Below, piece after piece: positions 1-10,389 of a stretch of DNA of 64,000 nucleotides. The position numbers and the translations under genes were made by a program. The notes below the pieces were generated by a model, which had not been told where the DNA came from, did no database searches, and saw nothing but the letters and a program-made list of their open reading frames with translations. Within the stretch, counting starts at the first letter, position 1. Every line of letters begins with the position of its first letter. The DNA is from an uncultured Actinomycetota bacterium (GTDB taxonomy: Bacteria > Actinomycetota > UBA4738 > HRBIN12): NCBI GenBank assembly GCA_963733635.1, contig CAVTEH010000005.1, positions 81,488-145,487 of the forward strand, in the 5' to 3' direction.

Positions 1-1220
1 TCGCGCTGATGCTCATGGTTGTCTTCGCCTGCGTGGCCTTCGGCGTGGGTGCGCTGGTGGGCACGACCACCACGAGCGCGGTGGCCGCCGCGGCGATCGC
101 AGGGTTCGCGTTCTGGCCGGCGCTGCGCGTGGCCCGCAAGGTCGCCGACCGGCTGGTCTACGGCAGGCGCGCCACGTCGTATGAGGTGCTGACCGAGTTC
201 TCGCATCGCATGGGGGAGGCGTTCGCCACCGACGACGTGCTCGAGCGCATGGCGCAGATCCTGGCCGACGGCACGGGCGCGTCTTGCGCCGTCATCTGGT
301 TGAAGGTGGGTGTCGACCTCCGGCCGGCCGCGATGCATCCCGGCGGTCAGGAGCGTCCGCCGCCGGTGGCGCTTGAAGGCGACAGGCTGCCGGCCCTGCT
401 GGCCGATCACGGTGTCCAGGTGCGTGACCGCGGTGAGATCCTCGGCGCCCTCTCTGTTTCGATGCCGGCGAACGACCCCATGAACCCGGCCAAGGCCGCC
501 CTCGTCGACGACCTGGCGGCCCAGGCTGGGCTGGTGCTGCGGAACGTTCGACTCACCGCCGAGCTCCGCGCTCGGCTCGACGACCTATCGGCCTCCCAGA
601 AGCGGCTGGTGACGGCCCAGGACGAGGCGCGCCGTCGAGCTGGAGCGCAACATCCACGACGGCGCGCAGCAGCAGTTGGTGGCGCTCGCTGTGAAGGCGC
701 GCCTGGCCCGGTCGCTCAACGAACGAGATCCGGCGAAGGCGGCTGAGATGCTCTACGGAGATCGAGGCCGAGATGCACGGCGGCGCTCGAGGATCTGCGC
801 GACCTGGCCCGCGGCATCTACCCGCCGTTGCTGGCCGACAAGGGCCTGGAAGCGGCGCTCAGTGCCCAGGGCCGCAAGTCCGCGACGCCGGTCCTCGTGG
901 AAGCCGCCGACGTCGGGCGATTCCCGCAGGAGATCGAGGCGGCCGTGTACTTCTCGTGCCTGGAGGCTTTGCAGAACGTCGCGAAATACGCCGAGGCCTC
1001 GAGCGTATCCATCCGGTTGCGCCGGAACCCGGGACGTGCTGACATTCGTCGTCACCGACGACGGTGTGGGCTTCGATCCGTCCTCGACGGGCTACGGCAC
1101 TGGCCTGCAGGGGATCGCGGACCGGATCGGGGCGATCGATGGCCAGTTGCTCGTCGAGAGCGCTCATGGGCGCGGGACGGTCGTGACCGGCTCCGTGCCT
1201 GCCGAGACGACGTCGGCTGA
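1..1220 (+). CDS. sensor histidine kinase (HisKA_3 + HATPase_c), 5'-partial, frame broken about 4 times
   Basis: ORF pieces 9-746, 676-1458, 773-1042 and 828-1220 join to DRLVYG..., QKRLVTAQDEARRR/LERNIHDGAQQQLVALAVK (H-box), LARGIYPPLLADKGL, EIEAAVYFSCLEALQNVAKYA, FVVTDDGVGFD and GTGLQGIADRIGAIDG. It is a clear paralog of 36647-38803. Each junction is a +1 frame step. The N-terminus is off-window and the 3' end is uncertain (TGA 1218-1220 lies one frame off). Confidence 0.8.
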
Positions 1221-1257
1221 AGCCCGATCCCGCGATGATCCCCCGCGAGGTCAACGT

Positions 1258-1458
1258 ATGAGCATGCCCGATCGTTCGAAGCCTACGGGCCTTCGGCGCC
1301 TGGAACGCATGCTCATGGGCATGCTGATGGGCATCGTCGCCTACATCCTGGAGAAGGTCGTGATGCGGTCGATCCGCCGCGAAGGCCGCTCCGAGCCCGA
1401 TGCAGCGAGTACCGCCGTCACCAGCAAGGGCGCCGAGATCGACGTCGAGGAACCCTAG
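1258..1458 (+). CDS. small hypothetical membrane protein (66 aa)
   Basis: ATG 1258 is preceded by GAGG. A hydrophobic segment LMGMLMGIVAYIL is followed by basic residues. Third-position G+C rises after 1258, whereas 1215-1257 looks non-coding. No family recognised. Confidence 0.35.
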   Translation: MSMPDRSKPTGLRRLERMLMGMLMGIVAYILEKVVMRSIRREGRSEPDAASTAVTSKGAEIDVEEP

Positions 1459-1520
1459 CGAGGGTGCGGAAGCCGGCCACGGCGGCCAGGCCCTTCCGAT
1501 CGCCTCAACCGATCGAAGCT

Positions 1521-4452
1521 CTAAGCGTGCGGTACCCCGCGGACCGAGACCTCCAGGACGTCCATGAAGTCGGGTTCGCCATGGTTCGACAACATCACGA
1601 ACCGGATCGTCTCGCACGTTCTGGGCGCCCTTGTCGGGCTGGTACGCGCGCAGCACACCGTCCTTCTTGGCGTCGGCGTCCACAGCCAACCGCCACGGCG
1701 CGTTGGCGCCGGTCCGCGTCTGGATCTTGAAGTGCTTCACGGCTGCCGCAGGGATGTCGCCGCAGGTGGGCCCCGACGCGACCGCGAAACTGGCCACGTC
1801 GACGGATTCCGGCAGTCGCACCACGGCCCTGCGAGGTCCGCGGACCCCGCTGCCGTTGTTCTGCACCGAGTCCGACGGCCAACCGCTCATCCAGGTTGCC
1901 GTCGAACGCGCCGTCGGCGTTGGTGCCGCAGAATGGTGCATAGTCCGGCGGCGTGAAGGACCTCAGCGACGCACCGCCCGACAACGATGCCCAGTCACGG
2001 AAGAGCTTCCGGTTGAGTACTTCGTCGCCGTTGACCGTCACGTTCTCGGCAAGTGCGGGCTCATAGCCGTCGGCCGCGAACACGAACCCTTGGTACATGT
2101 GCTGTGGTACGTCGGTGATCGTGTAGGTGCCGTCGGCCGCCGTGGTGTCCGCCAGGCTGAAGGCGAAGCCGGTCCCCAAGCCCGGGAAGAACACGGTGAC
2201 GCCCTGGATCGGGTCGTCGGTCAGCTTGTCGGTGACGGTGCCGCGGATCTCGTGGCACGTCGCCGGGGCGCAGATCGGCGGGGTCGCGAAGTCCTGCTTC
2301 GGGTCTCGTGTCGTTGCCGTTCTCCGCGAAGGCGAAGTAGCCCATGCCGCGGTCGGCGAACACCTGCCAGATCGTGCCCTCGTTGGTCGCCGCCGGTCGC
2401 GATCTGATCGGCCTGCAGGATGGCATTGCGCATGTCCAGGAACGACGGGCTCGGAGGCGACAGCTCCATCGCTCGCGTCACGAGCCGCTCGGTCAAGGTG
2501 GAACCGCCCGACCCGGTTCCGTTGGTGTCCAACGCGGTCCGCAGGTCCCAGAGCGTCTCCGTCCAGATCTCGCCATCTGCGTGGATCTCGGGCGCAGGCT
2601 TGTTCCCGTCGAACGTCGCGATCTTCCCGTAGTCGCCGTAGGTGTAGCCCCCTGCGCCCGTAGCGAAGCCGCCGGGGCACGCCCCGGCGGCGCCGTTGCC
2701 GGGTGCGCAGTCGATCGGTTGAGAGCGCAGGAGGCCGTTGAAGGCCAGCTCGCCCATCACCAGGTTGCCGTTCGGCGTCTCGTCGTCGGGCTTGTAGCCA
2801 CCTTGATTGAGGAAATCTTCCGCGTACCAGTCGGCCCAGGACTCGTCCATGGCCCCCGACTGCTGGGTGTCCAGGCCGCTGGCACCGTCGGGGTAGATCA
2901 CCAGGCGGTTGTTCATGCCGTGCGTGTATTCGTGGTAGACGATCTCAGCGTCGTCACCGCCGTTCGTCGACGGGATCGTCGGCAACCCGAACCGTGGGAG
3001 CTTGCGGAACAGGTACATCTGCATCGTCGGCGCGATCCCGTCGGGCGGCACGATGATGTTGGCGTTGGTGACGTGGTTCAGGTCGGGGAACCCGCGATCG
3101 GTGTTGGCGCCGTCCGAGGTGTTGGCCAGGATCATGTCGTCGCCGCCGGTGCCCCCGAACTCGAAGTTGCCCGCCGCGTCATTGAACCCGATCGGCGCGC
3201 TTTCCAGGTGGTCGTGGTACTGGTTCAGGAAGTAGAAGACTTGCGCCGCGTTGTGCTTCAGCTGGGCCTTCCAACTCTTCTTGACCTTTAGGTCCCAGGT
3301 GCAGGCTCTCTCATCGCTGCAATTCTGGTTCGCCGTCGTCGTGTCGATGAACCCGTTCACGCCGAAGTTGAACTCGAAGCCGGCGCCGGGCGAGCCGCCG
3401 GTGGGCCTGATCGCATCACCGACGTTGGGGAAGCTGTCGTCCAGCACGTCCTTGAACACCCAGGCATTGGGCCCGAACAGCTGCGCACCGTTGAATCCAG
3501 CCGAGAGTGGGTTCACGTCGAAGATCGGGCCTAGGTCGACGTTGTCGGCGGGCACCCCGCCCCCGTTCGACGGGATGTCGCTGTAGTAGAAGGGCCAGAT
3601 ATCGTCACCCATGGTGCCGGTGGTCGCGGTACCGGCGTGCGTCAGGTTGCTGCGATACAGCACCGTGCCGGTGGCCGCGTCGACCAGCGACAGATCGGTT
3701 TCGCTGGGGCTCACATACGTGATGGTCTTCCATGCAAGGGTCGTTCCCCGACCCGTCGGAAACAGTGCCAGCTCGGCGGTGTCGCGCCGGTCGATGCGGC
3801 TCGTCCCGTGCCGGCTTGCCCTGGCCGCGCGGATGGCGGCGCCGGCGTCCAGTCGTGCGGAAGCGCGCGGGGCGCGGAGCCCCCGCACCGGACCGCCCGT
3901 CACGTTGACCAGCCGCCCGTCGCCGGTCACGGCGGCGTGCATCCCCTGCCCGAACACGGTCAGGCCTCCGGCCCGCTGCACCCATGAGAGGTGATGCGTG
4001 CCATCGATGTCCACGTAATCGCGCCGCAGCCGGAACGACCGCAGGTCCGAGCCACCCAGACCGAACGCAACGCGGTTCGTGCGCACGAAGTCGAGCGCTA
4101 CGGAGGCGGCCGCCCGGGCGCTGGGGCCGGTCAGGAACCCGTCGAGACGCCCCACGAATCGCAGCGATCCCGTCACGGGGTCGCTCTGGATGACTCCCAG
4201 CCTGCCCATCGATCGCGCCAATGCCGCCCTGCCGGCGACGGTTCGGTTCGATGCCCCCGCCGACGCTGCCGCGGCGCGGACGTCGAGCGCGCTCTGCTCT
4301 CGTGCCACGCGCTCACGTTCCGAGGCGCCCGTGGGTGCACGATCCACCGAGCTAGCCGGGACCTGCGTAGCGAACAGGGAGATCGTCACCGTCGCCACGA
4401 GGGCAAAGATGATCGTCCTGCGGCCGTTGGAGCCGTGCCTCGACCGTGCCAT
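1521..4452 (-). CDS. secreted M36 (fungalysin-type) zinc metalloprotease with C-terminal CarboxypepD_reg-like and discoidin-like domains, frame broken at least 3 times
   Basis: The main ORF 2221-4452 has a signal-like N-terminus (RRTIIFALVATVTISLFA) and the motif VYHEYTHGMNNRL. The C-terminus continues in pieces 2061-2426, 1595-2680 and 859-1941 (GTVTDKLTDDPIQGVTVFFPG..., FKIQTRTGANAPW). A last frame reads ...FVMLSNHGEPDFMDVLEVSVRGVPHA, with the stop (cta) at 1521-1523. Confidence 0.8.
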
Positions 4453-4541
4453 GTGACCGCCTCCCGGGGCTGGCTGGGGAAACCGAGTTGCGCGAAGCTA
4501 CCACCGAGGCTGCTTCCGTGCAGGCGGGCCGGACGGCGCTA

Positions 4542-4560
4542 CTAGTCTGTGACAGACTAG
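4542..4560. promoter_or_regulatory. perfect 9+1+9 palindrome CTAGTCTGT-G-ACAGACTAG, candidate operator or -10 region
   Basis: Read directly. It is AT-richer than its surroundings, overlaps the UbiB-family stop codon (4557-4559) and lies 90 nt upstream of the M36 protease start. Both strands contain TAGTCT or AGACTA, which resemble the TAnnnT -10 form. Confidence 0.4.
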
Positions 4561-6126
4561 CGCTTGCGGATCACGTCGAACACGACTCCCAGCGTGAGCA
4601 AACCGCCCACGATGCCGAACGTCACCGGGATCCAGGGCGCCACGCGTTCGGACAGACCGGTGAGGCCGCTGGCCAGCACGGCGGCGCCGGCGATGAGCCC
4701 AAGCGCCAGCCGCCGGCCGGCCCGGCGAACCGTTTCCTCGAGCGATGCGGCGCGGAAGTTCACCTCGAGCTTCTGACCGGGGCGTGCGCCGATGAGCCGC
4801 TCGACCGACTCCACCACCCGCAACGCGCGAACCTTGAACTTCTGCACCTGATAGAAGAGGGCCTTCGGGTCCATCTTGCCGCCCATCTCCTTGAACACGG
4901 TGCGCATCAGGAACGCCCCCGCCACATCGAAGGGGTCCAGCTCAGGGTCGAGCGCGGCGGTCGCCAGCTGCATCTGGGCCAGGGCCTTGCCGGTCAGCGT
5001 CAACGATGCCGGCAGCGGCACGCCGTGGCGCAGCGAGATCTCGGTCATCTCCTGCAGCACCGGCCCCAGCTGGATCTCGGCGAGCGAGGCCGTCCGGTAC
5101 GTGCCCATCAGATCGCCGACCTCGGCGCGGAACGCGTCGACGTCAAGATCGTTGCGGTCGATCGCGCCCGACATCATCAGCGTGACGTCGGTGAGGAACC
5201 CGACGTCTTCCTGCCAGAACGACATCAGCAGCAGCATCAGCTGCTCTCGCATCTCCGGCCCGACCTCGCCCACCATGCCGAAGTCCAGGAAGTAGATGCG
5301 GTCGTTCCACCACATCAGGTTGCCCGGGATGCGGGATCGGCGTGGAAGAACCCGTCCACCAAGATCTGCTGGTAGTAGCTCTCCAGCAGCTGGCGGGCGG
5401 CCTCCTTCCGGGCTGCTCCCTCGGGTGCTTGCGAGATCGCGGTGCCTTGGATCTCCTCCATCACCAGCAGGCGCGAGCTGGACAGGTCGCCGTAGACGTC
5501 GGGGACAGACAGGCGCGGGTAGTCCTCGATCACGCCGCGCATCCGCTCGATGTTCGAAGCTTCCTGCCGGAAATCCAGCTCGCGATGCAGCGAGGACGAC
5601 AGGTGCTCGAACACCGCCGCCATGTCGATCACCTGGTTCGAGCCCGGGGCGGTCGCTCACCTTCTCGGCGAACAGCTCCAGCAGCGCCAGGTCCTGCTCG
5701 ATCTCCTCGCGGGCGTTGGGGCGCTGCACCTTCACGACGACTCGGTCGCCCGTGGCCAGCGTCGGCGCGGTGCACCTCTGCGATCGTGCCGGCGGCCAGC
5801 GGCTGCGGGTCGATCGTCTCGAACACGTCCTCCCAGGGCACGCCCAGCTCGCGTTCCATGACCTGGACGACTTCCTGTTCCGACAGGGGATTGACGTGGT
5901 CCTGCAGCGTGGTGAGCTCCTCGATGAACTCCGGCGGCAGCAGGTCGGGCCGTGTCGACAGCACCTGCCCCAGCTTCGCGAACGTCGGGCCCAGCTCTTC
6001 GAGGGCGTTGCGCAGGCGCTTCGCCTGGCGTTGCCGGCCCACGGCGCCCTCCTGGTCGGGGCGTCCGAACAGCTCCTTCGACCCGTGCTTGGCGAACACG
6101 GCGGCGATGTGGCTGCCGCGCGCCAT
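4557..6126 (-). CDS. ABC1/UbiB-family atypical kinase with C-terminal TM helices, frame broken about 4 times
   Basis: Pieces 5629-6582, 4557-5735 and 5315-5632 give LEELGPTFAKLGQVLSTRPDLLPPEFIEEL, VVVKVQRPNAREEIEQDL, HRELDFRQEASN, FFHADP/HPGNLMW and FLDFGMVG. Two extra Gs within about 10 nt near 5320-5335 break HADPHPGN. Confidence 0.85.
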
Positions 6127-6228
6127 GAGCCGTCGGCTGGATCTCGACCTGGTCGGCTGCGCTCGAGCGGATCGTCGCGCCGGAAGGGCCGCCGGCGGCT
6201 TCACCGTGACCGCGCCGCCCGGAGCGGC

Positions 6229-6674
6229 CGTGTTCACGATGATCACCGTGCATCGCGCGTTGTGGCTGATGCGGTTCGGCACGTTGCCCAGCAGGAACTC
6301 CTTGCGACCCGCCATGCCGGCGTTGCCCACCACCAGCACGTCGATCGCGTGTTCCTCGGCTGCCTCGACGATCGCCATGGCGGGGTCGTCGTGGATCACG
6401 ACGTGGCTGTCCCCGGTCGCCGGCGACCTGCGTCGTGTAGCGCGGTGAGATCCTCGGCCGCGCCGGCGGCTCGGGTGGCCTCCGCGGCTCCGTACTGGGT
6501 CACGCCGGGGTTCTGCGTGGTCAGGACGACCTGCACCACGTGCAGCTCGGCGCCGAAGGCGTCGGCGAACGTCGCCGCCCACCGGACGGCGCGCTCGGCC
6601 GTCTCGGAGCGGTCCGTGCCGACCATCACCCGGTCGATGGGTCCGGTGGCCTTCGGCATGGCAGCGGTGCTCAT
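6229..6674 (-). CDS. universal stress protein (USP) domain, reading on into the UbiB-family gene without a visible stop
   Basis: ATG (cat 6672-6674) starts MSTAAMPKATGPIDRVMVGTDRSETAERAVRWAA..., then GDSHVVIHDDPAMAIVEAAEEHAIDVLVVGNAGMAGRKEFLLGNVPNRISHNARCTVIIV. Two +1 steps occur near 6400-6440. Confidence 0.7.
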
Positions 6675-6722
6675 GGACGCATCATGGCGGCTCGGACCCA
6701 CAGACGCCAAGGGCCTCGTTGA

Positions 6723-6728
6723 TAGACT
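6723..6728 (+). promoter_or_regulatory. -10 box TAGACT within the shared motif GATAGACTCGGCG, 11 nt before the mature tRNA-Thr(CGU) 5' end
   Basis: The same 13-mer at the same spacing precedes the second tRNA-Thr at 33983-33995. Confidence 0.5.
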
Positions 6729-6739
6729 CGGCGTCCCTC

Positions 6740-6811
6740 GCCGGAGTAGCTCAGGGGTAGAGCAACCGCCTCGTAAGTGGTAGGTCATGGGTTCGAATCC
6801 CATCTCCGGCT
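6740..6811 (+). tRNA. tRNA-Thr (anticodon CGT)
   Basis: Hand-folded cloverleaf: acceptor GCCGGAG/CTCCGGC, D-arm GCTC-AGGGGTA-GAGC, anticodon stem ACCGC/GTGGT with loop CTCGTAA, T-arm ATGGG-TTCGAAT-CCCAT. No encoded CCA. Confidence 0.9.
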
Positions 6812-6857
6812 CCGTGCGCCGGTTCGTCGAAGCGGCTGGTGCTACGGATTCCGCGCG

Positions 6858-7594
6858 ATGAAGCTGGTCCGCGCGGACGTGTCCTGCGTCGCTCGCTATC
6901 GCAGCTCGGTGGTCTGGCTCGCGGTTTCGGCGCCCGTCGCGCTGCGCACAGACCCCCGTCGATCCGTCGCAGACGCCCGCCAAGAACGAGAGCGCCACGG
7001 CGCCGATCACGCCGTTCGGCATCCGAGTCTCCTTCGCGACGCTCCTGCTGTTGATGGGTCTGGGCATGGTGCTCTTCCTGACGATCATGTACATGCGGTA
7101 CGCGCCTCGCTTCTCCAAGGATGAGGAATCGCTCAAGGTGGTGCGAGCGGACCGGGTCGTCGTCGGTCAGGAGCTGCCTCGGCGCAACGTCGACCTGTCG
7201 CAGGCGGCGCCGCTCGTCGTGGGGCCACCCGCCGTGCCCGTCGCGCAGCTGCGGTCGCGGCTCCGGCAGCGGCCCCCACGTGCCGTCGCTCCGGCGGCCT
7301 CCAGCTCCCGCCGTCGAGGCGGTCCGGGCTCGGCCCGGCCGCAGCGCCGAGCGCCCCCGCCGCGGCAGCCGAGGCCCGCACCTCCGCAGCTGCAGAAGCC
7401 TCCGCCGCCGCCCAGCTCCCGCCCCGGCTCCGGCCGCGCCGGCCGAACGGGTCGAGGTGACGATGGATCAGGAGGTCTTCGACGCCACGCTCCAGGAACT
7501 GCTCGACGCCGGCACCGATCGCCGGATCGCCGAGGGCAAGGCTCGCCGAGCAGGCATGATCGCCGCCAAGAAGAAGGCCGCCGGCGAGGCCTGA
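6858..7594 (+). CDS. hypothetical membrane protein with an Ala/Pro-rich low-complexity linker, frames uncertain
   Basis: ATG 6858 gives MKLVRADVSC..., then after a C-run (6953-6957) a +1 step gives ...TPFGIRVSFATLLLLMGLGMVLFLTIMYMRYAPRFSKDEES. Third-position G+C is high. The tail in frame 7121-7594 ends MDQEVFDATLQELLDAGTDRRIAEGKARRAGMIAAKKKAAGEA. The middle (7230-7450) is ambiguous in all frames. Confidence 0.35.
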
Positions 7595-7641
7595 TACCGG
7601 ACATCTCGTCGTCAGGGCGACGACGAGGACGAGGAGGCCCC

Positions 7642-8722
7642 ATGGACGCGACGACCGTCGACTGGTCCATGGGCTCGTCCGCGGCTCGCCTCGCCGATTG
7701 GGACGTGGCACTGCAGTTCGGCCGCAAGGTCGCGGGTCCCGGCATCTCGCGTGGTGCCCGCCGATGCGGGCCCGCATGCGCGAGGACTTCGCTGAGCTGG
7801 TGCCGCACGCCGAAGATCTGATCACCGATCACACCGGCATGAGCGTGGAAGGGTTCCGGTCGCGCGCATGGGTCATGGCGCGCAGCGAATGGATCCGCGC
7901 CAACCTCACCGGCCTCCAGCGGCTGCTGGAGCCGTTGGCCGAGCGGATGGTGACCGAGCAGCCGGTGGGCCGAGGCTCGTTCAAGCGCAAGGCCGTGGGG
8001 GCGCAGGCGGGGGCGCTCTTCGGGTACGTCGGCAAGCGCGTGCTGGGCCAGTACGACGTGTTCCTGCCGCCCGACGACGAGGGGCTCCTGTACTTCGTGG
8101 GCCCCAACGTCGCCGAGGTCGAGCGGCGGTTCGGCCTCCCGCCGCGCGATTTCCGGCTGTGGGTGGCGATCCACGAGGTGACCCACCGGGTGCAGTTCGG
8201 CGCGGCTCCCTGGCTGCGAGGCCATCTGCAGGGACTGGTCGACTACCTACCTCGCGCGGCATCTCGCTCGACAGCCGAGAGATGCTCGAGCAGCTGAAGC
8301 GCGCCGTCGCAGGAGAGCGCGCAGCGGCGCCGACGCGCGCATGAGCGGCATCTTCCTGCTGCTGACGCCCGAGCAGCGCGAGCTGTTCACGCGGATGCAG
8401 GGGCTGATGTCGTTGCTGGAAGGCCACGCGTCCTACGTCATGAACGAGGTGCTCGCGGGACCACGTCGCACGACGTCGATCGCATGCGGCGCGCGCTGCA
8501 GGCCCGGCGTCGCGGTTCCAGCGTCGATCGCGGCATCCAGAAAGCGATCGGGTTCGAGCAGAAGATCCAGCAGTACGAAGGCGGGGAACGGTTCGTGCGC
8601 GAGGTCGATCGATCGCGCGGGCATGGAGGGGTTCAACCTCGTGTGGACCACGCCCGCGAACCTGCCCGACGCTCGACGAGATCCGCGAGCCCGCTCGCTG
8701 GGTCGAGCGCGTCACGGGCTAG
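7642..8722 (+). CDS. DUF2342-type zinc-dependent metalloprotease (conserved upstream partner of tilS in Actinobacteria), frame broken about 4 times
   Basis: GAGGAGG precedes ATG 7642 (MDATTVDWSMG...). Other motifs are WVAIHEVTHRVQF (HExxH), LLLTPEQRELFTRMQGLMSLLEGHASYVMN and GFEQKIQQYEGGERFV. The stop TAG is at 8720-8722. Confidence 0.8.
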
Positions 8723-8728
8723 CCGCGC

Positions 8729-9791
8729 GTGCGGCGCCCGCCGGCCGTCGCCCGTGTGCTGGAGCGGGTCACCGCCACGGTGCGTGAGCACGACATGTTC
8801 CAGCCCGGCGACCTCGTCCTGGTCGAGGTCTCGGGCGGCCCCGATTCGGTGTGCCTGCTCGTACGCGTTGTGGCACCTGCGCCGACTGCTTCAAGATCGA
8901 GCTGGCGGTGTTCCACTTCGACCACCGGCTGCGCGAAGGCTCGGCGGCCGACGCTGCGTACGTGCGACGGGTCGCGGACCGACTGGGCGTGCCGTTCCAT
9001 CATCGTGAAGCCGATTCGGCTCCGGCCCCCGGGGAGTCGGTGGAGTTCTGGGCGCGCGTTGCCCGCGCATCAGCGCGGCGGGCGAGACGTGGCAGCGAGA
9101 TCGGCGCCACCCGGTCTCGCCGACGGGCACACGCGCGACGATCAGGCCGAGACGATCCTGATGGCCCTGATCGTCGGCTGGGGGCTCAACGGCATGGGCG
9201 GGATCCCTCCGGTGAACGGCGCGTTGGTCAGGCCGCTTGCTCGACGTGTCCCGCGACGAGGTCGAAGCCTTCTGCCGCGCGCTGGGTCTGCGCCCCCGCC
9301 ACGACCCCACGCAACGAGGACACGTCGCTGCTCCGCAACGCGATCCGGCTGGAGGCGATCCCCGCGATCGAACGCGCGACCGGTCGCAAGGTGCGCGACA
9401 CGTTCGCGCGGACCGCCGGGCTCATCCGCGCGGACGCCGACACCCTGTGGCAGCAGGCCACCGAGATCGCCGATGGCATGGTCGAGGCCTCGGCGTCGGA
9501 CGCAGACCGAGCGCCGTTCGCCATCCGCGCCGACGCGCTGAACGCCTTGACGCCGCCGATGGCATCGCGGGTGGCGCGGCGGGCGTTCCAGATGGCGGAC
9601 CTTCCGTGGAACGAGGCCTCGATCGACGCCGTGGTCGATCTCGCCGCCGGCCGGCCGGGTCGCAGCCGTGACCTGCAGCTCGGGTTGCGGGTGGTGCGCG
9701 ACCGGGAGTACGTTCGAGGTTCCGGCCCTTCCCTCGAACGCTTCGTGGCCGAACGCGATCCGGACCGATCGATCAGGGGGAGCAGCCGTGA
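8729..9791 (+). CDS. tilS: tRNA(Ile)-lysidine synthetase, frame broken several times
   Basis: The PP-loop LVEVSGGPDSVCLL is followed by two +1 steps within about 45 nt (YALWHLRRL / FKIELAVFHFDHRLREGS), then ADGHTRDDQAETILM. The inferred stop TGA 9789-9791 overlaps the GTG of hpt (GTGA). Confidence 0.8.
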
Positions 9792-10389
9792 CAGCCACGC
9801 AGCAGTCGCTCGACGCTACACTCGCGGCCCACGTGGATGCCTACGAGCCCCGACATCGAGAAGACCCTGATCTCCTCCGAGGAGATCCAGGCCAAGCTCG
9901 CGGAGATGGGCGAGCAGATCACCAGGGACTACGCCGGGTCGCTCGCTCCTGCTCGTCGGCGTGCTCAAGGGCGCGTTCGTCGTCATGGCCGACCTGGCGC
10001 GCCACATCGGCCTGCCGCTCGAGTTCGACTTCATGGCGGTGTCGTCCTACGGCGCCGCGACCAAGACGAGCGGCGTGGTGCGCATCCTGAAGGACCTCGA
10101 TCACGACCTCGAGGGGCTCGACGTGCTGCTCGTCGAGGACATCGTGGACTCCGGCCTGACGCTCAAGTACCTGCTGAAGAACCTCGCCGCGCGCAAGCCC
10201 GCATCGCTCGAGGTCGCCGCGCTGCTGCGCAAGACCGGGCTGCAGAAGGTGCCGCTGGACCTGCAGCTACGTGGGCTTCGACATCCCGCCGGAGTTCGTG
10301 GTCGGCTACGGCCTCGACTACGCCGAGCGGTTCCGGAACCTTCCCTACGTGGCGACGCTGAAGCCCGAGCGCCTACGGGGACGCTCTGA
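9788..10389 (+). CDS. hpt: hypoxanthine-guanine phosphoribosyltransferase, frame broken 3 times
   Basis: Motifs are ...[65 protein letters not shown] and [28 protein letters not shown]. An extra C in run 9848-9851 and an extra C before TAC near 10267 break the frame. The start is inferred. Confidence 0.85.

Noticed and set aside
6396-7136. The N-terminal two thirds of this minus-strand ORF, including ...GFEPMTYHLRGGCSTPELLRRG..., and a small minus ORF with a good AAGGAG site starting at 7027.
   Set aside because: The first reads straight through tRNA-Thr(CGU), and only its last part (from ATG 6674) is the real USP gene. The small ORF overlaps a + strand frame with much stronger coding-type third-position G+C.
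7133-8225. Minus-strand ORFs 7133-7825 and 7167-8225.
   Set aside because: They are antisense to the DUF2342 metalloprotease (HEVTHRVQF on the + strand) and to the Ala/Pro-rich region, and they show no motifs.
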